Positions 1 to 8,900 of a DNA stretch of 31,023 bases are shown here, in pieces; the first letter of the stretch is position 1, and the number at the start of each line of letters is the position of its first letter. Both the position numbers and the translations under genes were made by a program. This DNA is from a virus (taxonomy: Duplodnaviria > Caudoviricetes), in the IMG/VR virus record IMGVR_UViG_3300008459_000232, positions 1-31,023 of that record, one strand, 5' to 3'. The notes below the pieces were generated by a model. The model was not told where the DNA came from. It ran no database searches and saw only the letters and a list, made by a program, of their open reading frames with translations.

Positions 1-159
1 GAAAACTTTGGTAACGTTAATGTCCCAGGCGGCAACGCAGGCAAGACAGCGTTTAAAAAGAAAGAACCTGGACACGGCGCTGAGAAAAAAGCAACTGGCG
101 ACAATGGCGACAGAGGTGCTGATAGCCCGTTAAATGGCGCTCCTAAAAGAGCAAAGTAA
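1..159 (+). CDS. 3' end of a gene running in from the left, probably a prohead core/internal scaffolding protein (partial)
   Basis: Frame 1 is open from base 1 to TAA at 157-159 and reads ENFGNVNVPGGNAGKTAFKKKEPGHGAEKKATGDNGDRGADSPLNGAPKRAK*. It is low-complexity and G/K-rich and stops 10 nt before the protease gene, where T4-like phages carry core genes. It is not in the supplied ORF track. The function is inferred from position only. Confidence 0.6.
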   Translation, partial: ENFGNVNVPGGNAGKTAFKKKEPGHGAEKKATGDNGDRGADSPLNGAPKRAK

Positions 160-169
160 GTAGAAGACG

Positions 170-796
170 ATGAACTATCTTCGAGAAAACCTGAGTTTCG
201 ACCAAGCAAGAGTGGTCGTTGAATCCGATGGCGAGAATGGAAAGAACCTTTACATGAAGGGAATTTTCATTCAAGGCGACAAGAGGAATCAGAATCAGCG
301 TGTTTATCCTGGAAGAGAGATTGCCAGGGCTGTCAAAACCCTGAACGATCAAATTGCAGGTGGGTACTCAGTACTTGGCGAAGTAGATCATCCAGATGAC
401 TTAAGAATCAACCTTGACCGTGTGAGCCATATGATTACAGAAATGTGGATGGATGGCGCAGACGGTTATGGAAAATTAAAAATCTTAGCAACACCCATGG
501 GACAACTAGTGAAAACTATGTTAGAAAGTGGAGTGAAGTTAGGAGTATCAAGCCGCGGATCCGGGAATGTCAGTGATGGCAGTTCCGGTGAAGTATCAGA
601 TTTTGAGATTATCACAGTTGATGTGGTAGCTCAACCTAGTGCCCCTGGCGCATACCCTACACCAATTTATGAACACCTGATGAATAGTCGCGGTGGTTAT
701 AACAGCTTACGCATAGCGCAAGAGGTTAAAGGTGACCCTAAAGCACAAAAATATCTCAAAGAGAGCTTATTAGGTATAATAAGCAAACTCCAATAA
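170..796 (+). CDS. gp21: Prohead core protease, T4 gp21 family
   Basis: Motifs LYMKGIFIQ, NQNQRVYP, GEVDHP (catalytic His), GVSSRGSG (catalytic Ser) and DVVAQPSAPGAY. Directly upstream of the scaffold and capsid genes. Confidence 0.95.
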   Translation: MNYLRENLSFDQARVVVESDGENGKNLYMKGIFIQGDKRNQNQRVYPGREIARAVKTLNDQIAGGYSVLGEVDHPDDLRINLDRVSHMITEMWMDGADGYGKLKILATPMGQLVKTMLESGVKLGVSSRGSGNVSDGSSGEVSDFEIITVDVVAQPSAPGAYPTPIYEHLMNSRGGYNSLRIAQEVKGDPKAQKYLKESLLGIISKLQ

Positions 797-809
797 AGAG
801 GAGAATCAC

Positions 810-1904
810 ATGTTGGACGCACTAAAGAATTTGTTTGAAAACAACGTGGTTTCAGAAGAGATCAAAGAGTCTATTGAGGCTGCTTGGGAAGCTCGCATCG
901 TCGAGAACCGTACACAAGTAACTCAACAGCTACGTGAAGAATTTGCTCAACGCTACGAACATGACCGTCAGGTTATGGTTGAAGCAATTGATCGCATGTT
1001 AGGCGATCAATTAAAAGAGGAAATTCAACAGTTTGTAGAAGATCGTAATCAATTAGCAGAAGCTAAGGCACGTTATGCAGTAAAAATGCAACACGATGCA
1101 CAGGTAATGAAAGAGTTTGTAACTCGTCAATTAGCTAGCGAAGTTAAAGAATTACATGAAGATCAAGTACAAATGGCTTCTAAGTTTCATACACTTGAGA
1201 AGTTTGTAGTTGAAGCTCTTGCTCAGGAAATCGCAGAGTTCCATACAGACAAGCAAGACATTGCAGAAATGAAAGTACGTTTGGTACGCGAAGGCCGTCA
1301 GGCTTTGGCAGCCATGAAGGAACAATTCATTAAACGTGCAGCTACGTTGGTCGAGAATACAGTTGAAAAGACTCTGTCAAAAGAGATTGGTCAATTGAAA
1401 GAAGACATCGAAGCAGCTCGTCGTAACGATTTTGGTCGTAAATTATTCGAAGCTTATGCTAGCGAATATCAAAATAGTTACCTAAACGAAAAATCAGAAA
1501 CAGCTAAATTGCTCAAAGTCATAGACAAAAAAGATTTAGAAGTTGTAGAGGCTCATCACGCTGTAGCACAAGCAACCCAGATCTTAGAAAGCAAAGAAGC
1601 AGAAGTTAAAGCTCTAATGGAGAGCAAACAACGTCAAGAAATAATGGCAGAACTAGTAGGACCTTTGGCTTCACAGCAAAAGGCTATTATGAGCGAATTA
1701 CTTGAGAGTGTACAAACTGGCAAACTACGCAGTAGTTTTGACAAGTACCTACCGGCAGTTATTGCTGGCGAAGCTCCACAAAAGAAGAAGGCACTAGTAG
1801 AGGCAAAAGAAGTAACAGGCAACAAAGAAACCCACAGCGTCAGTAGCAGCGAACACGATCACAATATTTTTAATATGCGTCGTCTAGCTGGAATTAAACA
1901 TTAA
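810..1904 (+). CDS. gp22: Prohead core scaffolding protein, T4 gp22-like
   Basis: E/K/Q/A-rich coiled-coil protein between the protease and MCP. Contains FGRKLFEAY and many L-x-E protease-site-like motifs. SD GAGGAG upstream. Confidence 0.8.
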   Translation: MLDALKNLFENNVVSEEIKESIEAAWEARIVENRTQVTQQLREEFAQRYEHDRQVMVEAIDRMLGDQLKEEIQQFVEDRNQLAEAKARYAVKMQHDAQVMKEFVTRQLASEVKELHEDQVQMASKFHTLEKFVVEALAQEIAEFHTDKQDIAEMKVRLVREGRQALAAMKEQFIKRAATLVENTVEKTLSKEIGQLKEDIEAARRNDFGRKLFEAYASEYQNSYLNEKSETAKLLKVIDKKDLEVVEAHHAVAQATQILESKEAEVKALMESKQRQEIMAELVGPLASQQKAIMSELLESVQTGKLRSSFDKYLPAVIAGEAPQKKKALVEAKEVTGNKETHSVSSSEHDHNIFNMRRLAGIKH

Positions 1905-1918
1905 TTAGGAGAAAATAA

Positions 1919-3094
1919 ATGTCAGAACTACTAACAGGCCGTTGGGCAGAAACAAAAGAAGCACTTCTTGAAGGCCTTCAAGGCACTAAGAGATCTGTAA
2001 TGGCATCTACACTAGAGAACACACGTAAGTATCTAGCTGAGAGTGCTAGCACAGGTGCTACTTCTGCCGGCAACGTCGCAACATTAAACCGCGTGATCCT
2101 TCCAGTGATTCGTCGCGTAATGCCAACAGTTATCGCTAACGAGTTGGTAGGTGTACAACCAATGACTGGTCCAGTTGGTCAAATCCATACTCTAAGAGTT
2201 CGTTATTCAGATAGCGTTTCTGGAACATATGGTGCTACTGCTGGTGAAGAGGCACTAAGCCCATTCAAGATTGCTGAAGGCTATTCATCTAATGATGGCT
2301 CTAAAGTAACTGCTGCTTCTACTGCATCCTTAGAAGGTGCTGCTGGTAAGCGTTTAAGCATTCAAATCTTGAAGCAAACAGTTGAAGCTAAGACACGTAA
2401 GTTGTCAGCTCGCTGGACATTCGAAGCTGCTCAAGATGCACAAGCCCAACAAGGCATTGACATCGAAGCAGAAATCATGGCTGCTCTTGCACAAGAGATC
2501 ACAGCTGAGATTGATCAAGAGATCATTGCATCTCTAACAACACTAGCCGGTTCACAGAACACAGAAGCTTATAACCAAGCTGCTGTATCTGGTACTGCTA
2601 CATTCGTTGGTGATGAGCATGCTGCTTTAGCTGTTCAAATCAACCGTGTTGCTAACCGTATCGCCCAGCGCACACGTCGTGGTGCTGGTAACTGGGCAGT
2701 TGTTGGTCCAACAGCATTGACAATCCTACAATCTGCTACTACAAGCGCATTTGCTCGTACAACAGAAGGTACATTCGAAGCACCTACAAACACTAAGTTT
2801 GTTGGTACATTGAACAATGCAATGAAGATTTATGTTAACACATACAATGCATCTGATACAGCACCAGTGCTTATCGGTTACAAAGGTGCTAACGAGTCTG
2901 ATGCAGCAGCATTCTATTGCCCATACATTCCATTGATGAGCAGTGGTGTTGTTCTAGACCCAACAACATTCGAACCAGTCGTATCATTCATGACACGTTA
3001 TGGTTATGTTGAGTTGTCAAACACAGCGTCTTCTTTAGGTAACGCTGCTGACTACCTAGGTACAGTTACTATTGCTAACGCAGTATTCAGCTAA
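1919..3094 (+). CDS. gp23: Major capsid protein, T4 gp23 superfamily (short, 391 aa)
   Basis: Motifs VIRRVMPTVIANELVGVQPMTGPVGQI, VEAKTRKLSARWTFEAAQD, EIDQEII, FYCPYIPL and FMTRYG. SD AGGAG. Followed by a terminator. Confidence 0.97.
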   Translation: MSELLTGRWAETKEALLEGLQGTKRSVMASTLENTRKYLAESASTGATSAGNVATLNRVILPVIRRVMPTVIANELVGVQPMTGPVGQIHTLRVRYSDSVSGTYGATAGEEALSPFKIAEGYSSNDGSKVTAASTASLEGAAGKRLSIQILKQTVEAKTRKLSARWTFEAAQDAQAQQGIDIEAEIMAALAQEITAEIDQEIIASLTTLAGSQNTEAYNQAAVSGTATFVGDEHAALAVQINRVANRIAQRTRRGAGNWAVVGPTALTILQSATTSAFARTTEGTFEAPTNTKFVGTLNNAMKIYVNTYNASDTAPVLIGYKGANESDAAAFYCPYIPLMSSGVVLDPTTFEPVVSFMTRYGYVELSNTASSLGNAADYLGTVTIANAVFS

Positions 3095-3121
3095 TCAACT
3101 TACCGCAAGGTACGTTAATTA
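3092..3121 (+). other. RNA hairpin with GCAA (GNRA) tetraloop starting at the MCP stop codon
   Basis: TAAT-C-AAC-T-TACC GCAA GGTA-C-GTT-A-ATTA gives 11 Watson-Crick pairs with two single mismatches. Confidence 0.6.
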
Positions 3122-3122
3122 T

Positions 3123-3148
3123 AAGGGGCTCTTCGGAGCCCTTTCTGT
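3123..3148 (+). terminator. Rho-independent terminator after the MCP gene
   Basis: AAGGGGCTC TTCG GAGCCCTTT CTGT: GC-rich stem, C(UUCG)G tetraloop typical of T4-like phages, and an imperfect U-rich tail. Confidence 0.88.
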
Positions 3149-3154
3149 TGATCA

Positions 3155-3162
3155 GATAAATA
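3155..3162 (+). promoter_or_regulatory. T4-type late promoter candidate (GATAAATA)
   Basis: 7/8 match to the T4 late consensus TATAAATA. Intergenic, immediately after the terminator. Confidence 0.72.
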
Positions 3163-3249
3163 CTTTGTATGATTCACGCAGGGTGAATTTTATGCGGAAA
3201 TCCAACCGCGTATGGCCTAGAACGCCATGTTTCTTAAGGAGAAAATAAA
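3163..3249 (+). promoter_or_regulatory. Structured 5' leader (three adjacent hairpins), candidate cis-regulatory RNA
   Basis: Stems GATTCAC/GTGAATT (3171-3189), TATGCGG/CCGCGTA (3191-3212) and ATGGC/GCCAT (3212-3228), then SD AAGGAG (3236-3241) and ATG at 3250. Confidence 0.6.
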
Positions 3250-3948
3250 ATGGGACGTCCTTTACATAAAAAATATTTTGGTAATAGAATTACACCATTC
3301 CAGGGTGGCAACACTGGTGTAGGTGGAGAAGGTGTAGCTAGCGTAACAATCGCAGCACCAATTGCAGCAGATTTAACAGGAACAATTACTGTTACGTTTT
3401 CAGCTCCTCAAATCTCAGGTGGTATTACTGCAACAGGTACTGCACAAGTTGATGGCAGCAATGACCTAACAGGTATTTTAATTACTAACGCAGGTTCTGG
3501 TTACACATCAGTTCCAACATTTACAGTTGCTGACGGCAACGAAACTGCAACTTATACTAGCGGCTCAGGCGGCGTTACAGTTGCACTAACTAGCGGTGCA
3601 AGTGCTAGAGAAAATGCTATTAGATTTGAAGCACAAATTACTGGTGGTACAGAAGTATTCACTGGCGACATTTTAAAACAAGTTGGCAATCACAGATTTA
3701 AAGTACGCACAGCTGACGGTACAGAAGTATGTAAGTTAGTTGCTACTGCAAGTATTGGTGATGGAGAAATGACCATCGGTGCTACTGACAGCGCAGGAGA
3801 AACATACTTTGTTACTAAAATTACTGGTCGTCGTGTACGCCTAACACAAAATTCAGCAGGCGTAGGTTCAGTATATGCCACAGGTGCCACAGCTCCTTGG
3901 AAATTTGCTCCAGCCGCAGGTATCTACGTTCAGATTGATAATCAATAA
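3250..3948 (+). CDS. Putative virion structural protein (232 aa)
   Basis: Strong SD. G/T/A-rich beta composition. Contains an ITNAGSGYTSVPT module of the kind common in myovirus sheath/baseplate proteins, after a basic N-terminus MGRPLHKKYFG. Exact role unknown. Confidence 0.6.
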   Translation: MGRPLHKKYFGNRITPFQGGNTGVGGEGVASVTIAAPIAADLTGTITVTFSAPQISGGITATGTAQVDGSNDLTGILITNAGSGYTSVPTFTVADGNETATYTSGSGGVTVALTSGASARENAIRFEAQITGGTEVFTGDILKQVGNHRFKVRTADGTEVCKLVATASIGDGEMTIGATDSAGETYFVTKITGRRVRLTQNSAGVGSVYATGATAPWKFAPAAGIYVQIDNQ

Positions 3949-3961
3949 TAGGATCAATTAG

Positions 3962-5035
3962 ATGACATCTAAAGTCGTTAACGTTGCTAATGGTGACTAC
4001 AAAGTAATTGTTCGAGATAGTGGAAGCATCACGCTTGACACAGGTGAGCAAGGTACAACTATAATTACTGGCAATCTTGAAGTTCGAGGTGATACTACTT
4101 ATGTATATGTTAGTGATATGCAAGTTGAAGATAACACTATTATACTCAACGTTAACGGCGGTAGTGCTTCAGGCATTCCCACAGGTGGCATTAAAAATGG
4201 TCGTTCAGGTTTAGAAATTACTCGTGGTGGCGCAGGAGAATTTGCTGATGCTTGGTTTATGTTTGATGAAACAGTAAAACACATTTATCTAGCTGCTGAA
4301 AAGAATGGTACATTTGTTTTTAAACGTAACACAGGCGGTGATGGTGAATTAGCAGGTATCCAAACTTGTCACATTAACAGTAAAGGTCAAGATCTTTTCT
4401 TATTAGTAGATCCTGATAACCCTAGCGGTACTGGTGTTATCACAGTTAGTGGAATGAATGCATATGAGCGTAATGTATTAGATTATGCAGCATGGGATTT
4501 AATTCCACCAACTGGCCCAATTGTAGCTTCAAAACCTGATGCTATTCCTAACGTACAGGCAGTTGTAGATTTTTTAAATTCTCAATTAGCCTTTTTAGAA
4601 TTACCTAAAATCAAAGAAGCCAATACTATTGTAGAAGTATTTGATGCACAAGGACCCTTAAGTCCTTATAGACCTACAGGTTATACTGCTCCAACGGATA
4701 GTACAATTGACTTTACAGTTGACGGTGTGTTAAAAGGTCAATTTACAGTTGACGGCCTTAATGTTGACAATGTTAGAATTTTAACAAACACAGTAGCAAA
4801 TACTGATGCTAGTTCAGATTTAATACTTTCTGCACTTAACAGCAACATTAAAGTTGATGGATATTTAAATCTAGCTGATCAAACAACTGCTCCAACTTCA
4901 ACAAGTGGAGTAAACAAGATATACTCTAAAGCTACTCTAGGTATGGGTAAGTCAGGAGTATTTTTTGTAAATACTACCACAAGCGATGAGCTGGTCAGTA
5001 GACGCAGAGCACTTGGCTTCAGCATGATATTTTAA
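3962..5035 (+). CDS. Putative fibre/structural protein (357 aa)
   Basis: Fibre-shaft-like motif ITGNLEVRGDTT...MQVEDNTIILN, also SGLEITRG. Hydrophobic C-terminus RRALGFSMIF. SD AGGA. Confidence 0.65.
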   Translation: MTSKVVNVANGDYKVIVRDSGSITLDTGEQGTTIITGNLEVRGDTTYVYVSDMQVEDNTIILNVNGGSASGIPTGGIKNGRSGLEITRGGAGEFADAWFMFDETVKHIYLAAEKNGTFVFKRNTGGDGELAGIQTCHINSKGQDLFLLVDPDNPSGTGVITVSGMNAYERNVLDYAAWDLIPPTGPIVASKPDAIPNVQAVVDFLNSQLAFLELPKIKEANTIVEVFDAQGPLSPYRPTGYTAPTDSTIDFTVDGVLKGQFTVDGLNVDNVRILTNTVANTDASSDLILSALNSNIKVDGYLNLADQTTAPTSTSGVNKIYSKATLGMGKSGVFFVNTTTSDELVSRRRALGFSMIF

Positions 5036-5045
5036 GGAAAGAATA

Positions 5046-5381
5046 ATGGCGATTTCAAATAAAGCAGTTACAGTATCAGGAGGCGGTAATGATGATATAT
5101 TCACATGTCCTGGAACTCTAGTTACTGACATACAAGAACACGCTGTGACTTGTTTAATATTTTGTAACATAAGCACTACTGACTCAGTTGTATTAAATTT
5201 AACAGCTACGCCACAAGGTGGTGCTGCTCGGTCTTTGATTAAAAATTTAACTATTCCAGCAACAGAAACATTTACATTTGACACAGAAAAGTTAGTACTG
5301 TCTACAGGTGATACGCTAACAGCAACAGCAGACGTTGACGGCAGATTAGAAGTAACAGTTAGTTCATTTAGAGTAAGCTAA
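5046..5381 (+). CDS. Small beta-rich structural protein, ~110-aa family copy 1
   Basis: SD AAGGA. Shares the pattern hydrophobic-N ... IKxLxIPA ... EKLxL ... VxxS with 16380..16709. Confidence 0.7.
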   Translation: MAISNKAVTVSGGGNDDIFTCPGTLVTDIQEHAVTCLIFCNISTTDSVVLNLTATPQGGAARSLIKNLTIPATETFTFDTEKLVLSTGDTLTATADVDGRLEVTVSSFRVS

Positions 5382-5956
5382 TGAGATTTATAAAACAATC
5401 ACAGTTGAATTTTAGAAACGTAAAAGACTACAGTGTAGTTGTAGAAACTGACGGCCGTGTAACCATGGACGGAGTTATTTCTCTACAACTACCATCTGGC
5501 ACAGGTGATCCTGCAGAAACAACTGATACAGATTTAAATCAACGCCCCACAAGTGCAATTAACGGAATGATTCGTTACAACACTTATGGTACAGACGGTG
5601 GCGAGCTTGAAGCATATCAAGCAGGTCAATGGAGAGCTATTAGATTTAAAGAACCTACTAAAATTACTTTAGATTATATCGGAACTGGCGATGATATTGA
5701 AACAGTGTTTGGTCCTTTAAATCCAGATCCGTTCTTATACCCAACTATTGAAAATGGTACAACTTGGAATGCCACACAGATTGCTCTTAATCTTGTAGTG
5801 TTTGTTGAAAACGTTCAACAGATTGGAACAATTAACTTTGATGTTATACAACAACCAACTGGCTTCGGCGGAGACCTTGAAACTTATATTGATTTCGGTC
5901 TAACTCCAGTACCGTTAGGCAAGCAAGTACACGTACTACACAGATTCGATCGTTAA
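5381..5956 (+). CDS. Putative structural protein (191 aa) with a fibre-joint-like motif
   Basis: Start overlaps the upstream stop (TAATG). The motif LQLPSGT...RP...GMIRYNT...EAY...W also occurs twice near the C-terminus of both the 1581- and 1839-aa proteins. Confidence 0.68.
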   Translation: MRFIKQSQLNFRNVKDYSVVVETDGRVTMDGVISLQLPSGTGDPAETTDTDLNQRPTSAINGMIRYNTYGTDGGELEAYQAGQWRAIRFKEPTKITLDYIGTGDDIETVFGPLNPDPFLYPTIENGTTWNATQIALNLVVFVENVQQIGTINFDVIQQPTGFGGDLETYIDFGLTPVPLGKQVHVLHRFDR

Positions 5957-5963
5957 TTGAATC

Positions 5964-5971
5964 AATAAATA
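5964..5971 (+). promoter_or_regulatory. T4-type late promoter candidate (AATAAATA)
   Basis: ATAAATA in a 32-nt intergenic gap, 17 nt before the ATG at 5989. Confidence 0.68.
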
Positions 5972-5988
5972 GTGTATTGGAGCGATAA

Positions 5989-8900
5989 ATGGCTGATACA
6001 CTAGGTAGAATTTCCGGACAACTGTTAAAAGCTGATCTTTCTAGAGACGGCCAGCCGTTGAATTTTGAAAACGGTTTATTATATCTCAACACCGCAAACA
6101 GATATGTAGGTGTAAACGAAGAAAGTCCGTTTAGAAATCTATTTGTCAACGGTACTACAAATACTAGTGATTTAATTTCTACAGATGGTCTAGCTGGACT
6201 CACTAGTCTATTGATCAGTGTTAGTGGTAACAGTATTACCACCGCTGATGATCTTAATTTAACTGCTGCTAACTATGTGTTTGCTAATATTGTCACAACA
6301 GATGATCTTGAACTAGCTAACAATACAATCTCATCACTAACGGAAAATGCCAGCATTGGTCTAGACCCTAGTGGCACTGGCACGTTAGAAGTACACAGTG
6401 ATGTTAATGTTCTTAATTCTAATAGTTTGTATGCACAAGGTAATATTACACTTAGTGGTAATTTAATAATTGGCAATGCTCCAACAGATACTATAACATT
6501 TTCAGCTAATGTTAATAGTGATATTATTCCTAATCTTACAGATACACATTCGTTAGGCTCTAATAACAGCATTGGCGGCAACGAATGGCAAGGAGTTTGG
6601 CCATTATTGTTAAACGGTCAAAGCATTAGCACTACAGGTATTGGTATTGGCGCAGCAAATCTTGCATTACGTCCTGGAAATATATTATATGTTGCAGCCA
6701 GCGGTAGCAACACCAATGAAGGCGATCATCAAAATGCTCCATATGCAACAATTAAACATGCACTGTTACAAGCACAATCTGGAGATGTTGTTTACATTTA
6801 TCCAGGAACATACACAGAAATAACTCCACTAACTGTTCCTGTAGGAGTTCATGTTAAAGGCATGGGTATCCGTAGTGTTACTATTATACCTGACGCTACT
6901 ACTAACAATAAAGATGTATTTTTATTAAACGGTGAAACTACAGTTAGTGATATATCAATTAAAGATTTTTATTATGATTCTGTTGGTAATACCGGATACG
7001 CTTTTAGATTTGCCGCAGGCATGCAAGTATCTACTCGTAGTCCTTACATACAAAATATATCAGTTATCACAAATGAAACAGCGCCTGGCGCACTAGATGC
7101 AGGACGCGGCGCACTAGTAGATGGTAGTGTTGCTAACACGTTAACTAAAGAAGCCAGTATGTTATTCCACAGTGTGACATTTATCACGCCCAACGCTAAC
7201 GGCCTAACTATGACCAACGGTGTTAGAGTAGAATGGTTAAACTCATTTACTTATTTTAATAATATTGGATTATATGCACTAAATGGCACCGGCAGATACG
7301 ACGCTAACACACTAACTACTCGTTATGGTGCAGAATTACGAAGCATTAGTTCAGCTAATGTCTACGGAAATATAGGCGCACAAGTAGAAGGTTCGTCATG
7401 CTTGATGTATCTTATTAATCATAACTTTGCATATATTGGCGCAGGCACTGATGTTACTAATGATCCTTCGCTAAACAATTCTACAAACGAAACATTAGAA
7501 TACGGTGGAGGCAAGATTTATTATCAAAGTTTAGATAATAAAGGTAACTTCCATGTAGGTGACGCATTTAGAGTAAGTTTTGATACAGGAAATGCTACCA
7601 TTGGTGGTGTTGCCACTTCCGCATCAGGTACAACTTCTATAAATTTTACATCGGCCACATCAGAAACACTGATCAATGCAGAACTAGTATCAACTGGTAC
7701 AATAGCATTTAACAATAATACAATATCTAGTTATGTAGACGAAATTAATTTAGTAGCAGCTACTAATGAAATGACTTTATTCCAAGATGTATATGTAACA
7801 AGAAACATTACAGTTGTTAACGATTTTAATATTGAAGGTGCATTGATATTAGGTAATCAACCTATAGATGTCATAGAATTTGAAGCAGATGTAGACTATG
7901 ATCTACGTCCCTCAACTACAAACACTTATAATTTAGGTTCACTTGCTAAAAAATGGTTATCTGCCAAAGTTATTGAGCTAGATATTGGTACTACTTTAAA
8001 AATCAGCGGGCATACTGTTGAATCGTTGACTGCTGGCATAGACTTAGAACTAATACCAAATGGCACTGGTAAAGTTACTATAAGTTCTAATACTGTTGTT
8101 GAAAATGATCTAACAGTTAGTGCAAACACTGCCCTTAAAACAACCAACATCACAGGTGTTGTAGATCTAATAGGCAATGTTAATAGAACTGGTGATATAA
8201 ATCAAACTGGCAATACTGTTATAGATGGATCATCTGTAGTAGCAGGTTTTGATGTTATCACAGGATTTTGGGGACAGTCTGGAGTTCTACTAACATCTGA
8301 TGATGACAGCACTAAAACAATTACTGTTGATGTTTCTCTTGCTGGCGCAATTACTGTTGTCAGCATAACATTTGGATCCCCATCGGGAATTTATAGATCG
8401 TTTGGCGGCACACGATGGATCTTTATTCAAACTGGCACTCTCGACGTTAGTAGCACAGCCGAACTAGACAACGTAAGAATTAGTACAAATACAATTAGCA
8501 CTATCACTTCTGACACAGATTTAAAACTACTAGCTGCTGGTACAGGACTAGTTTACGTTCCTTCTGACAATGTGCTAGTGAGTCAGAATGTCACAGTAAA
8601 CGATACAGTACACGCTGATTCTGTAACTGTACACGGAACTACAACTGCTAACAAATTTGACAACGGTGATATTACTATAGAAGATAATATTATTCAAACT
8701 ACTGTTGGAAACAATGATCTAGAACTAGGTGCTGCTACTACTGGGCTAGTTAAGGCAGATTTAGATTCAGTTGAAATTACTCAAAATCTAACAGTTTTAT
8801 TAGATACAAATTTAAAAAATACAGTAATAGGTATAGGCGGATTAACACCAACACTATCTACACTTGACCTTACTGGTGATTACATTCAAGTAGGTGACGT

